A DNA stretch of 20,259 bases from Fonticula alba ATCC 38817. Its lineage: Eukaryota > Protista > Nucleariida. Below, piece by piece: positions 1 to 10,914 of the stretch. The notes under the pieces were generated by a model. The model made no database searches. It worked only from the letters and a program-made list of their open reading frames with translations, and was not told the DNA's origin. Position 1 is the stretch's first letter. Every line of letters starts with the position of its first letter. The stretch lies in the NCBI GenBank assembly GCA_000388065.2, contig KB932202.1; one strand, written 5' to 3'. A program made the position numbers and the translations under genes.

Positions 1-1513
1 CAGTCTGAACGTATGTCGGCGTCCACTGTCAGTGAACTTCGCGCCATGAAGGGAAGGAGCGTGGCCTTCGGGCCTGGCCCAGCCCGCCCTCCTCCCAAAG
101 CCTTGCCACATCATTGGGAAGCAGTGATCGCCATGAGAAACCATCCGATCAACCCACAACCGGCAAGTCTAAGCGTGTGTCTTCCGATATCCCACCATAT
201 TCCCACATGCTTTTTTTCTTTTGAATATTGGTGTCTCTCGTCACCCTGGTCGTCCTCCACTTTGTTTAGTGACTGGCCCCAGGAACCGGGCGAACTGCAC
301 CAGGGCCAGCCCATCCCCTCGCCGCCGTGTGCTGCTGTTTGCTCGGGAGAGCCCGGGCCGGATAGAGGGCGTCGGGGACGGATTAAGCAAGTGTCCTTGT
401 CCATCTTGAAGCCGGTCGCCGCCTCGGCAGGCGCTGCTCGCCTGTGGCCGGCATCCTGGATGGTCACTTGCTGGGTGAGCGCGCCTCACCCCCCCCCCCC
501 CCCCCGCCCACTGCTGTTGATTACGACAATTTGCACGAGTCGTGCGTCCTGGAGCCCAGCCCACAGATCGCCCGGGGCATCTTTCATTACATCTGCAGAG
601 AAGGCCCTGCCTTCCGTTCATCAGGTCAATGTGTGCCATTTTCTGCTAATCCATTAGATTGGGTGAATGCTTCTTCGAAATGTTGGCCTCCGTACCAGCC
701 CCCCCCTGGTCGTGGTGGCTGCCTGGCTATGTGCCTGTGCTCTCGACGAGGAGACACAAGCAACCGGGCGCCCGGCGGGAGGCGCGACCGGCCCTCCCTG
801 TGCGGCGTGTTGACGCCCTTGCGCATGCGGTCCTACTCCGGCGAGCTTCCCCCCCCCCCCCCCCCCCCCCCGCCTGGTTGGAAACCGTTTCATCGGCCTC
901 GTTGTTTGGTGGGCCCCGCGCGTTTGCCAGGGCATGGGGCCAATTCGGCCGCGCTCGTCCTGGCCCCGCCACGGAGGGGTGCGCCCGATTAGGCCTACTC
1001 CCCCCCCCCCCTTCCCCGGAGCCTGACCGGGGTATGTGTCGATGCTCGTACGAGCCTGAGCAACTCGCTCAGACGGCGATCGATCGGTCGCCGTCTGCCG
1101 GCGAGATCGCCCACACCCACACCCGTATCCGTTTCCCCCCCCGCCCCCCGCCCAGGCGCGCACCGGACCCAGCCTCCTCCCTTGGTGGTCCGCCTCGCGC
1201 GGATCGCGCTCAGGGCCCCCGCCCTCTGCCCCAGCTCCCTTTGCCGGGGCATCCCCCCCCCCCACCACACTGGTGTGCCGCTCCGGGCCTCCGGCCGGCC
1301 GCCGAAGAGCCGCCAGCCTGGCTTGTGCTCGCCTGGGGGCCTGCACCAGTCACTGTCCAATGTTCTCTGTCGCCCCTTCGCCCCCCCCCCACTCCCCCCC
1401 CCCTCCTCGCTGTCCTCTCCTCGCCTCCGCGCTTGTCCCCCCTCGCCTCCTGGCCTGTCCGCCGCTCGCCCCGTCGTCTTGCTGCCTGCCCGGCGGGCCC
1501 GCCTCTCTCCCCC

Positions 1514-2921
1514 ATGCCGAGTGCAGCCCCGCGGCCGCTTGCGGCACCGGCACGGCCAAAGGCGGCCGGCCGGCCTCCGCTCCTGGTGCTGCTGCCGCTG
1601 CTGCTGCTGCTGCTGCTGCTGCCGGCGCTGCTGGCCAGCAGCCCGGCCAGGGCCAGCTACACCGAGACCATGCTCATGCGGGCCGCGCGGCCCCTGTCCA
1701 CCATCGGCCAGGGGGACCTGGTGGCGTCGCAGGGGCCATCCCGCGCGGCCATCCTCCTCGGCCAGCAGGCCGACGGGCGCTTCGGCCTCTTCACCCAGGA
1801 GGCCCTGGACCTGGCCCAATGGCCGGAGCGCCGGCTCGGGCCGATCTTCACCCAAAGCCAGGACTTCCTGCCCGGGAGGCTGCCGGCCCCCTACCAGCAG
1901 TCGGCCTGCCTTGCCCGGGGGGCCGAGCAGCAGCTGGCCCTGCTCTTCCGGCAGGATGCCACCCTCGGCCTGGCCACCCCCTCCGGGCAGGAGCAGCTGG
2001 ACGTCGGCCACTTCCGGGTCCTGGCCGCGCAGGCCGCCTCCGAGACCGATGTCCTGGTGCTGCTGGCCGACCCGCAGGCGGGCATGCTGTTTCCCCTGCG
2101 CTTCGAGCCGGAGCCGCACTTGAGCCAGGACCTGGCCGGCTGGCCGGTGGCCAATGGCCCGGCCTTGCGCGCGGTGCCCAGCCCGGCCGGGGGCTTCCAT
2201 GTGTGGACCCCGCAGGAGTACTTGTACCTGGCCCGGCGGCCGGATGGCCTGGTGGCCATGCAGGCCCGGCACTCGGTGGCCAGCTTGGGCCTTGCCCAGC
2301 ACGGGGACATCGTGGATGTGGTGTCCACTCGGATCGCCAGCTCCGGCGCCGGCACCGAGGACATGGCCATGCTGCTGGCCGACATGCATGTGGCCGTCTG
2401 CGTGGGCGGCTTCGCGGCCGGGCCCTGCCCCGGCGAGTCCCTCCTGAAGATGGCCCTGCCGGTGAGCATCGACCCCACCGGGGCCCGGTTCCTGGGCCCG
2501 CTGGCCATCGACACCGCCGACCCGGTCAATTGGCTGGCCCTCATCGACCAGCATGCCCTGTGGCCCTCGCTGTGGGTCAGCCACTTCCGGGATGGCCCCG
2601 GGCCCGGAGGCCGGGTGTTCGATCGCTGGGAGCGCCTGTGGCTGCCCGGCGACGAGGTCCCGGCCCGCGTCCGGCCACTTCGCGTCCGATCCGGCCCCGG
2701 CCAAATGGCCTGGCAGTATGCCGGCGAGGCGCTGCTCTTCCGGAGTATGGACTTCGCCTGCGACACGGACCGCTCCATCCGGTGCGCCGGCGGCCCCACC
2801 TCCATGGTGCCCGGCGGCTGGGCATGCGCCCCGGGGCGCGCGCTCGCCACCCTGCCCTCCGACCGGGGCCTGTGCGGGGCATGCGCCAGCGGGCACTACC
2901 TCGACCCCGGCTCGGCGTCCG
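1514..2921 (+). CDS. Secreted or receptor-type ectodomain protein with signal peptide and the start of a Cys-rich (furin/TNFR-like) region; 3' end unresolved
   Basis: ATG at 1514, then a basic N-region, a poly-Leu hydrophobic core (LLVLLPLLLLLLLLPALLA) and an ARA-S cleavage-like site. Codons are strongly G/C-ending for ~470 codons. Cys-rich end: FACDTDRSIRC...GWACAPG...LCGACASGHYLDP. A G|GTGCGT donor (phase 1) at 2922 is followed by intron-like poly-C/CT sequence; unspliced, the frame stops at 3064. Confidence 0.8.
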
Positions 2922-3327
2922 GTGCGTTCGGTGCCCATTCGCCCGGCAGCGCCGCCTGGCGCATGGCCAGGCCTCGATGGGCTCTGGCTCGCTCGCTGTC
3001 CATTCCCCCCCCCCCCTCTCTCTCTCTCTCTCTCTGCCCCCACTTGCGGGGGGGGGATGGCTAGACGGGGCCCCGGCACGGGGGCAGCCCATGTGCCGGG
3101 CGTCCCTCGACCTGTCGCCTGGCACACCCTCCCGCCAGCGCCCCTCTCCTGCTCGCGTGCCAACTGACAGCCCCGTGCTCCTTTGTCCCCTGCCGGCCGG
3201 TCGGCACTCCATGTGGTGCTCGCCTGTGTTCGGGCTTCCCGCATGGCGTCCGGGTGTCCCTCCCGCCGGGCCTTTGCTTCATCACCGGGTGCCCGGCCAT
3301 TTCCCCCTCTCCCCGCGCGCCCATGCC

Positions 3328-3403
3328 CACGCACACGCACACGTATACGCGTACACACGTATATGCGCACACACGTACACACACGTATACACGCACACAC
3401 GTA
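3328..3403. repeat. Alternating purine-pyrimidine (CA/CG/TA) tract abutting a gap
   Basis: 76 nt of uninterrupted R/Y alternation built from cacacgta-like units; a CA repeat resumes after the gap. Confidence 0.9.
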
Positions 3404-3888
3404 NNNNNNNNNNNNNNNNNNNNNNNNNNNNNNNNNNNNNNNNNNNNNNNNNNNNNNNNNNNNNNNNNNNNNNNNNNNNNNNNNNNNNNNNNNNNNNNNN
3501 NNNNNNNNNNNNNNNNNNNNNNNNNNNNNNNNNNNNNNNNNNNNNNNNNNNNNNNNNNNNNNNNNNNNNNNNNNNNNNNNNNNNNNNNNNNNNNNNNNNN
3601 NNNNNNNNNNNNNNNNNNNNNNNNNNNNNNNNNNNNNNNNNNNNNNNNNNNNNNNNNNNNNNNNNNNNNNNNNNNNNNNNNNNNNNNNNNNNNNNNNNNN
3701 NNNNNNNNNNNNNNNNNNNNNNNNNNNNNNNNNNNNNNNNNNNNNNNNNNNNNNNNNNNNNNNNNNNNNNNNNNNNNNNNNNNNNNNNNNNNNNNNNNNN
3801 NNNNNNNNNNNNNNNNNNNNNNNNNNNNNNNNNNNNNNNNNNNNNNNNNNNNNNNNNNNNNNNNNNNNNNNNNNNNNNNNNNNNNNNN
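3404..3888. other. Assembly gap (485 N)
   Basis: N run. Confidence 1.
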
Positions 3889-3905
3889 CCCCCACACACA
3901 CACAG

Positions 3906-5020
3906 GCCGCCGCCGTCATGAAGTCCCATGGCATTCTCCTCGTGCGCGACCCTCGCGTCTCCGAGCAGGAGAACAGCAACTACCTGGACATGCTTGAGCG
4001 TTATTTCGACCAGCCTGCCGAGGCCAAGATGGCTGATGTTCGTGCTGATGTTGGCTACCAGGTTGGCGCCACCCCCGGTATGTTGACCTCCCTCCCCTCG
4101 CCCCCATCATGCGCCTCCCCTCTCCGTGTTTGCCTCTGACTCTCGGCCTTCCACTGTCTCCTTCCCCGCTCTTGACGCCCGCCCCCCCCCCTTCCCCTGC
4201 AGAGCGTGTGGAGGTCCCCCGCTGTGCGGCCGATCCCAACTGCGAGGAGGTGATCAGCAACTTCGGCGAGGAGCACAAGCCCACCCTCCCCCTCGGTCCC
4301 GACCTCAAGTGGCGCTTCTTCTGGCGCATCGGTGAGCGCCCGGTCGACACCAAGTTCCCGGAGCTCAACTGCCCGGCCGTCATCCCGGCCGCCTTCCCCG
4401 AGTGGGAGACCGTCATGAACCGCTGGGGTGACCTGATGCACGGCGCGGTCAACACCGTCGGCGCCATGGTCGGCCAGGGTCTTGGTCTGGGGCGCGAGGT
4501 CTTCCCCAAGATGTCCGACAAGGGCCAGCACCTGCTTGCTCCCACCGGCTCGGACCTCGGTCGCTACGATGAGAAGGGCTCCATCTTCGCCGGGTTCCAC
4601 TACGACCTGAACTTCCTGACCATCCACGGCAAGTCCCGCTTCCCCGGGCTCTACATCTGGCTGCGCACTGGCGAGAAGATGCGCGTCTCCGTGCCGGACG
4701 GCTGCCTCCTGGTTCAGGCCGGCAAGCAGCTCGAGTGGCTCACCGGCGGTGCCATCCGCGCCGGCTACCATGAGGTGGTCTTCGATGAGACCACTCGCCG
4801 TGCGCTGGACGCCGCTCGCGCCGCCAACCGCCCCCTCTGGCGCGTGTCTTCCACCATGTTCCACCACATCAACAGCGACGCCACCCTCGAGCCCCTCGGC
4901 CCCTTCGCCACCGAGGAGGCTTGCAAGGCCTACCCCCCGACCCTGTGCGGTGACTACGTCACCTCCGAGCTGGAGGTCATCCAGCTCCGCAAGCCGGACG
5001 AGGAGGAGGTGAAGGCCTAA
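3906..5020 (+). CDS. 2-oxoglutarate/Fe(II)-dependent dioxygenase, isopenicillin N synthase-like fold; 5'-partial
   Basis: Exons 3906-4077 and 4203-5020; the intron 4078-4202 (GTATGT...TGCAG) joins in frame to give YQVGATPERVEVPRC. Iron triad H-Y-D (FHYDLNFLTIHG) plus distal His (GYHEVV), and an R-x-S 2OG-binding motif (WRVSS). It resembles, from memory, the uncharacterised plant/fungal/oomycete family of At5g48020. The first exon is not visible. Confidence 0.93.
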
Positions 5021-5288
5021 GCAGGTGGCACAGTTGCGCGCCTGCATAGATGGCCCCAGGGTCTCTTTCGATCAATTTGTTTACTTCATTTTCCCTCACC
5101 AGTTGGCCGACTAGAGACAGTGTACCATCCCTTGCGTGGAAGAGAATACAAAGGCCCAGATGTGGTTGCGATTGCCCGTGCGTATTTCCATGCACCACCC
5201 CGCACGCGTGCGCACATGTCAGTGCTTGTCACGCATCTATCTTGTGTCTCATGTGGGTGATGGACACAATTGTCCGGGCGGCATGTCT

Positions 5289-5385
5289 GTACACGTGTGT
5301 GCGTGTGTGCGTGTGTGCGTGTGTGTGTGTGTGCGCGCGTGCGTGTGCGTGTGCGTGTGCGTGTGCGTGTGCGTGTGCGTGTGTG
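5289..5385. repeat. (GT)n/(GTGTGC)n alternating purine-pyrimidine microsatellite
   Basis: 97 nt of uninterrupted R/Y alternation between two convergent genes. Confidence 0.95.
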
Positions 5386-5484
5386 GGTACGCCATGCAAG
5401 GGCGTGGATCGACAGCGGAGGGCGGAACACGGGCGTCACTGCGTGCATATCTATTTCTAGTGGTATTGTGGGGATCTGCTGTCT

Positions 5485-7076
5485 TTAGGCCAACAGACGC
5501 CCAGCGAAGGTCCCGAGTGAGTCCAAGAAAGAGGCTCCAATCCGCAAGAGGTCTTGCTCATTGGCCAGGGAGCTCTCCGGGCAGCCGTCCAGTAGGGCTT
5601 CGGCTCCCGCGGAAGCCGCTCGGGCCAGCGCGCGGGCCAGCTCCGGCATGAAAAATCGAGCACCCTGGACCAGAGGAGCATCCGCGGCGGCGGGAGTCGT
5701 GTGATCGCTGGCCATGAGCGCGCGCACCACCTCGGCAACCAAGGCCAGCTTGTCGGGGACCAGTCCCGCCCGACGAAGAACCCCCACCAGGCGGATGGTA
5801 CAAATGGCAAGGCCATCGGGAGGCGCCTGGGGGCTTGCAGTTTCAGCCCCCACTCGACCCCATGCGGCCCAGGCCTGCGCAAATGCCTGGCACAGGGTCA
5901 CCAAGCCGGCGGGCAGGCCTCCATCCGGCTGGATGAGCATGTCTAAGGACCGATCACAGGGGAGGCAACATGTGGCGCGTTCTTTTGTGAGTGGGAGGCA
6001 GGGAGAAAAGGAGACAGGGAGATGTACACATGGGTATATGGCGAGCATGTACCAAGAGGAAGCAAGTCCAACAGGCTCAGGATGGTCGCTGCGTAGTGCA
6101 CCACCGCGGGGCCATCACTGGAAAGGGAGACGCCATGAGGGGAGAAGCAAGGCACAACAAGAGCGGGAGTCAGCGCATGCTTCCTCGAAGGGCAGAGGAA
6201 AAGTGTGTGCACTCGATCGACGCACCCGTGTGACAAGATGAAGAGTGACAGGCGGTCGGCCACCTGCTGCTGGGCAAAGCCCGGCCGGTCGGTGCTGCCG
6301 GACAGTGCCAGCAGGCGACGCAGGCACCGGAGCAGTGCCACATCCACCGGCTGGAAGGGTCGGCACACCGTGGTTAGTCGTCCCGAAGGTGGCACATCGA
6401 CCGCGGAAAAGCCGGCCAGCGAGATGTCGCCTGTGGACACCGGTGCCGGAGTAGCCGAGCCGGACACCGGTGCCAAGCGTGCTACCCGCGGCACGCCGGA
6501 GCCGGGGCGTCGGATCACCCCCGAGTGTAGGTACGCCGCAGCGGCGACGGCCACTGTGCCGGCCGTGCCAGAGCCGAGAACGGGGAGCTCAGTTCGATCC
6601 GGCCCCATTGCGGAGGGGGTTCCTCCTCCGGTGGAAGCCCCGGCGCGCCCGGCTCGGTGCATGCGCGACCGGCGGACCAGCTTCTGCAGGAATGGCCGGC
6701 GATCAAGATTGGCCTGGAGCATCAGTCCCCGATCCTTGGGCCGGGGAGTGGAAGGGGTGACGCCCGTGGTAGACCCGGGCATGCGCTCGTCCCATTGCCC
6801 GGCTGAGGCAGATGAGGCGCCATTGTTCCAGGCTCCGGCCGGCGAGAGAGGCGCATGGATCGGACTCAGAGGTGCGCTCTGATCCAAAGACCCCGTCGGC
6901 CGGAAGTAGAGCTCCGGGCCCTCGGCCGGCGCGCCGGTGCCCACCAAGGGCTCGCGAGCGCCAGTGTCACCTACCCGCGCGGGAAGTAGCAACAACAGAC
7001 CTGCCTGTACGGCTTCCATACGGAAAACTTCCGACACACTGGCCAGCGACTCGACTGCGAGGAACACGCATTGCGA

Positions 7077-7107
<31 letters not shown>

Positions 7108-8994
7108 GGTAAGAGGGTGAGGGGGTGAGAGGCAGGGGGGCAGACAGGGAGAAGGAGAGAGAGGAAGGGAAGGAGAGGGGGGCGTCAGGAAGATTGGCAA
7201 AGACATGGCTGCTAAAAAGGGCAAAAGACGCACCGATTCCGGCAATATCCACCCCTCGAGCGGTCAATGCCTCCAGAGAGTCGGTCTCCGCCAGGAGGGC
7301 CAGCAATTCCCCAGCCCAAGTCCGAGCCAGCATAGTTCCGGTGACCCCGGCAGCGGAGGACTCAAAGAGGGCCGTGCCCCATGAAGCGCCCGGGGTGCGT
7401 TCGGTTGCGGCGGAAAGGCCGCGTGCCAGCAGCCCCAGCCATCCACAAATTACCTCGCGTCCAGCGCCGGCCTTATGAAGGGACGCACCAAGTCGGGCCT
7501 TGGTGAAGGCTTGAAGGCAGAGCAGGGGCCATTGGTTGCGCAGGAAGAATTCCGGCAAGGCTTGGCTCATGGGCCCGGGCGAGCCAGGGATGTCGGGGCT
7601 GGGTACAAGACAAGAGCATGGATGATGAGCTTTCCGAGGCCAGACGACAAGTGGGTGGTAGAATCATCTAAGATTGACAGGTCGCGTACTCGGCGAAGAG
7701 CAGGAGGTCCAGCAGCTGGATCAGCCTTGGGGAGGGACTTTGCTCCGAGAGGACCAGACAGAACTCACTGGCCATTTCGCCAGAAGAGAAGCAGGTTAAT
7801 GTGCATACTCACATGATGAGACGGAAGAACAGCTGGAGATGGACAGAGGGAGAGAGGGAGACAGGAGAGGAGGAGGAGGAGGAGGAGGAGGAGGAGGAGG
7901 AGGAGGAAAATGTGGCGCGCAGAAAATATCGACAGAGGGAAGAGCAAGTCAAGCACGCACGTGAAGAAGTCTCGCCCAGAGAGACCCAGGTATGAGAAGA
8001 GTGTCAAGAGGAAGCGCCAGAAGAGAGGAAACCACGCGGTGGCCAGCTTGGAGTGCTGCTGTTGCGGCTGCTCGTCACTGCCTGGCAACAAAAGATCCGA
8101 CCGTGCCACAATGGCCACCATCTCCCCAGCCAGGGCACCGGCCTGGCGGGTCAGCAGGGCCGATCCGAGAGCCGACAAGCAAAACCCCGTTCCGACCAGG
8201 CCCAGCAGGCAATCCAGTGCTTGGAGAGCCTCGTCGACTTCTCCATCGGTTGCTGGGTAGGGGGTATGGGACACGCGAAGCAAGTTCGCAATGACCGTAT
8301 GTAGATGCCTGCACACATCGACCGGCGGCAGGAACAGCTGGCTGCCCGCCGCCGCGCCCGGGCTATTGGTGCCGGAAAGCGGATCAATGGCCACCAAACG
8401 ACGGAGAAGCTGAAAGGAGGAGCCACCGATGGGAGGTGAAGGAGGGGAGGTGAAGGAGGGGCGGGGGGGGGGGGGGGGGAGGGGACCCGATGTCAACAAA
8501 AAGCAAAGCACCGGCAAGGAGCCCCGGACAAGATCGCCAGGCTAGCACGCACCGTTTCAACCACCTGCATGACCAGGTTCCGTCGACCGTTGCGCACTCG
8601 CACCAGGATATTGGGCGAGGCAGACAGCAGCAGCGGGGACGGGGCCAAAGCCGACTCCAGGAGGTATGCGCCGAGCCCAGACTGGCCAAGCAATGCCAAT
8701 GATGTGGCCTGTACGGTCGCCTGGAGGAAGTTCTCCACATGCTCTGGCTCAAGATACGGCGGTCCCAGTAGTAGAGCCAAGTCGGAGAAGTAGAGCCACC
8801 GCCGGAAGAAGTCGAAGGATCGCGAACCTACAGGATGGAGTGACACAAGCGCCAGCACATGTCGGAGAGGGTGGAGGGCGGGGGAGCGGGTGGAGGGGTG
8901 TGAGGGAAGGGCACTGGAGGATTGAAGGAAAGAGCGGCAAGCAGATGGAGACAGGGCTGTGACACTTATCGAATGCGCCCTGTCCTCCTCTTCT

Positions 8995-9028
<34 letters not shown>

Positions 9029-10866
9029 TGCACGTACCCTCCACCGCTGATGACAGATAGGCCAGCAGCTGAATTACCGTGGACAGCAGGTAACTCAAGG
9101 CCTCGGGCCGGCCGGCGAGCCCTCGACTCGGGAGATACTCTGTGGCCTGATGTGCCAGACCAAAGAGCACAGGACCCAAGGAGAGGGGAACAGCCGATGG
9201 GGTCCCTTCATCGGCGTGCGTGCCGTCGACTGGCCAGCCGGCGAGCAGATTGCCGGCCAGATGCCCCGCCGGTGTGGCTGCTAGCTGCACCAAACTACCG
9301 GTCGTCGGCAGCAGGGTCAGCAGGAACCCCAAGTCGGAAGAGGCATTGCCGATGATTTGCCGCCGCTGGCCAAAGAGGGCCACATCGGCCAACAGGGAGT
9401 CCACAGCCAGGGCCAGCTCCGCGGGGAAGCGGCTTCGCAAGTATGCCAATGCCCCCACCGATTGGGCGAGCCCAGGCCGAGGCCCAAAGTCCGGCCCAGG
9501 GAAACAGTCTTCCCGATCGGCCTGATGCCCGGGCGGTCGGCGCTCGGCGAGTGCCAGATACCCCAGGTGGAAGGTCAAAAGCCGACCCATCAGCAGAGGA
9601 GCCGCCTGGACGAGTTCCATCAAGAGGATGGTCCGGCGCCGGGTGACCGCTTCACCGAGGGGGGTTTCGGCCGCCGACAGGTGGGCCGAAATATCCACAT
9701 GGCCCTTGACGATCTCAGCGGTATTGGTGAAGAGCATGTGCTACAGATGGGCAGGGGGGGAGGGGGGGGGGGAAAGGGAAAAGGCTGCGCACATAGAGAG
9801 CCCGGTTGAAGGGGTGCAGGCCAAATTGCTCGAAGCTCCGGGTCAGAGCTTGGACAAAGATTCGTCGCAGGCGAGAGATCCCCGAATGCGCGCCGCGCAT
9901 GCCGACATATGTTTCAAAGTTGCCGTCTGTCGGCGGATGGGGTTTGGAAGGGGAGGAGAAGGGGGAGGAGGAAAAAGAGGGACAAATGCGATCGCGGAAT
10001 TAGACAGACTCATGCTTGGGGAGGGAAAAGCACCGGGGAGGCGCAAAGAGGCAACACTAGTGGGATGAAAATCGAACCAATGTTCTCGCGGGCAACATAC
10101 TGAATGGGGGATAAATGCTGGACTCCAAGCACAGCAGACAGTACTGGCAGTGAGAGGGGGGGGGGGGGGGGGGGGGGGGAAATGAAGACATGTCAACCAA
10201 AAAGATGGCGGAAGGGCACACAAATGGACATCAGCAGCGTACATAGGCAATCGACTCGAAGTCCAGGCGTCGGAGGTGATACACCTCCGTGGCATCATGC
10301 TGGGATGCCACACCGGCGCGATTGTTGAGGGCCGCTCGGGCCAGAGCCGCGCCCACGCCTCCGCCCATGCCCGCAGCCACCGGAGCGTCTGGCGGCCCAG
10401 GGTCATTGTGGCCGCGCTTGCGCGAACGCTTGTCCCTGTCCGAGCGCTTGCCGGACTCCTCGCGCACCAGGCACAGGATCTGGCCTCGAGTGACCGCACG
10501 CTCCAGGCGCCCGAGAAAGGCGTCCGAGGCTTTGGGCACCGACTCCGAGGGACCCATGTCCAGGTACATGTGCAAGTTGGCTGCCTGCGACGGAATGGCC
10601 GATGGCGGGGGGACTGGCAGTGACAATGGCGGTCGAACAACAGCCGGGGTCTTTGGGGCGTTTCGCAGCGGGTCGGTGCGCGGTGCCCGGAAGCCATGCT
10701 GCGACATGTCCTCAAAGAGGGGAGTCCAGCGAACCAGCGCTCCGAGAGCCGCGTCGCGCAGGCGCAAAAAGAGCCCCGCGTCGACAGGCATGCCGGAGGC
10801 CGGCACGCCAGGGCCATGGCTGCTGGGAGGAGGTCGGCCCCGAGAGTGGGACTTGCGGCCGCCGCC

Positions 10867-10914
<48 letters not shown>

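Noticed and set aside
1-660. Possible terminal exons of an upstream gene (GTATGT at 11, AAAG at 100)
   Set aside because: No frame-consistent, codon-biased exon chain could be built.
3091-3288. MCRASLDLSP... as the missing first exon of the dioxygenase (IDLS-like motif)
   Set aside because: The rest is Pro-rich with unbiased codons, has only a weak donor, and does not resemble the family N-terminus.
995-3979. 994-aa antisense ORF and other long overlapping ORFs over the ectodomain gene
   Set aside because: These are shadow frames of GC3-biased coding DNA with Gly/Arg/Pro-rich nonsense composition, and they run through N gaps.
6585-6605. GTTCGATCC T-loop-like motif (also GGTTCGATT near 10075, minus strand) as tRNA or B box
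   Set aside because: No cloverleaf or A box; the first lies inside a coding exon.
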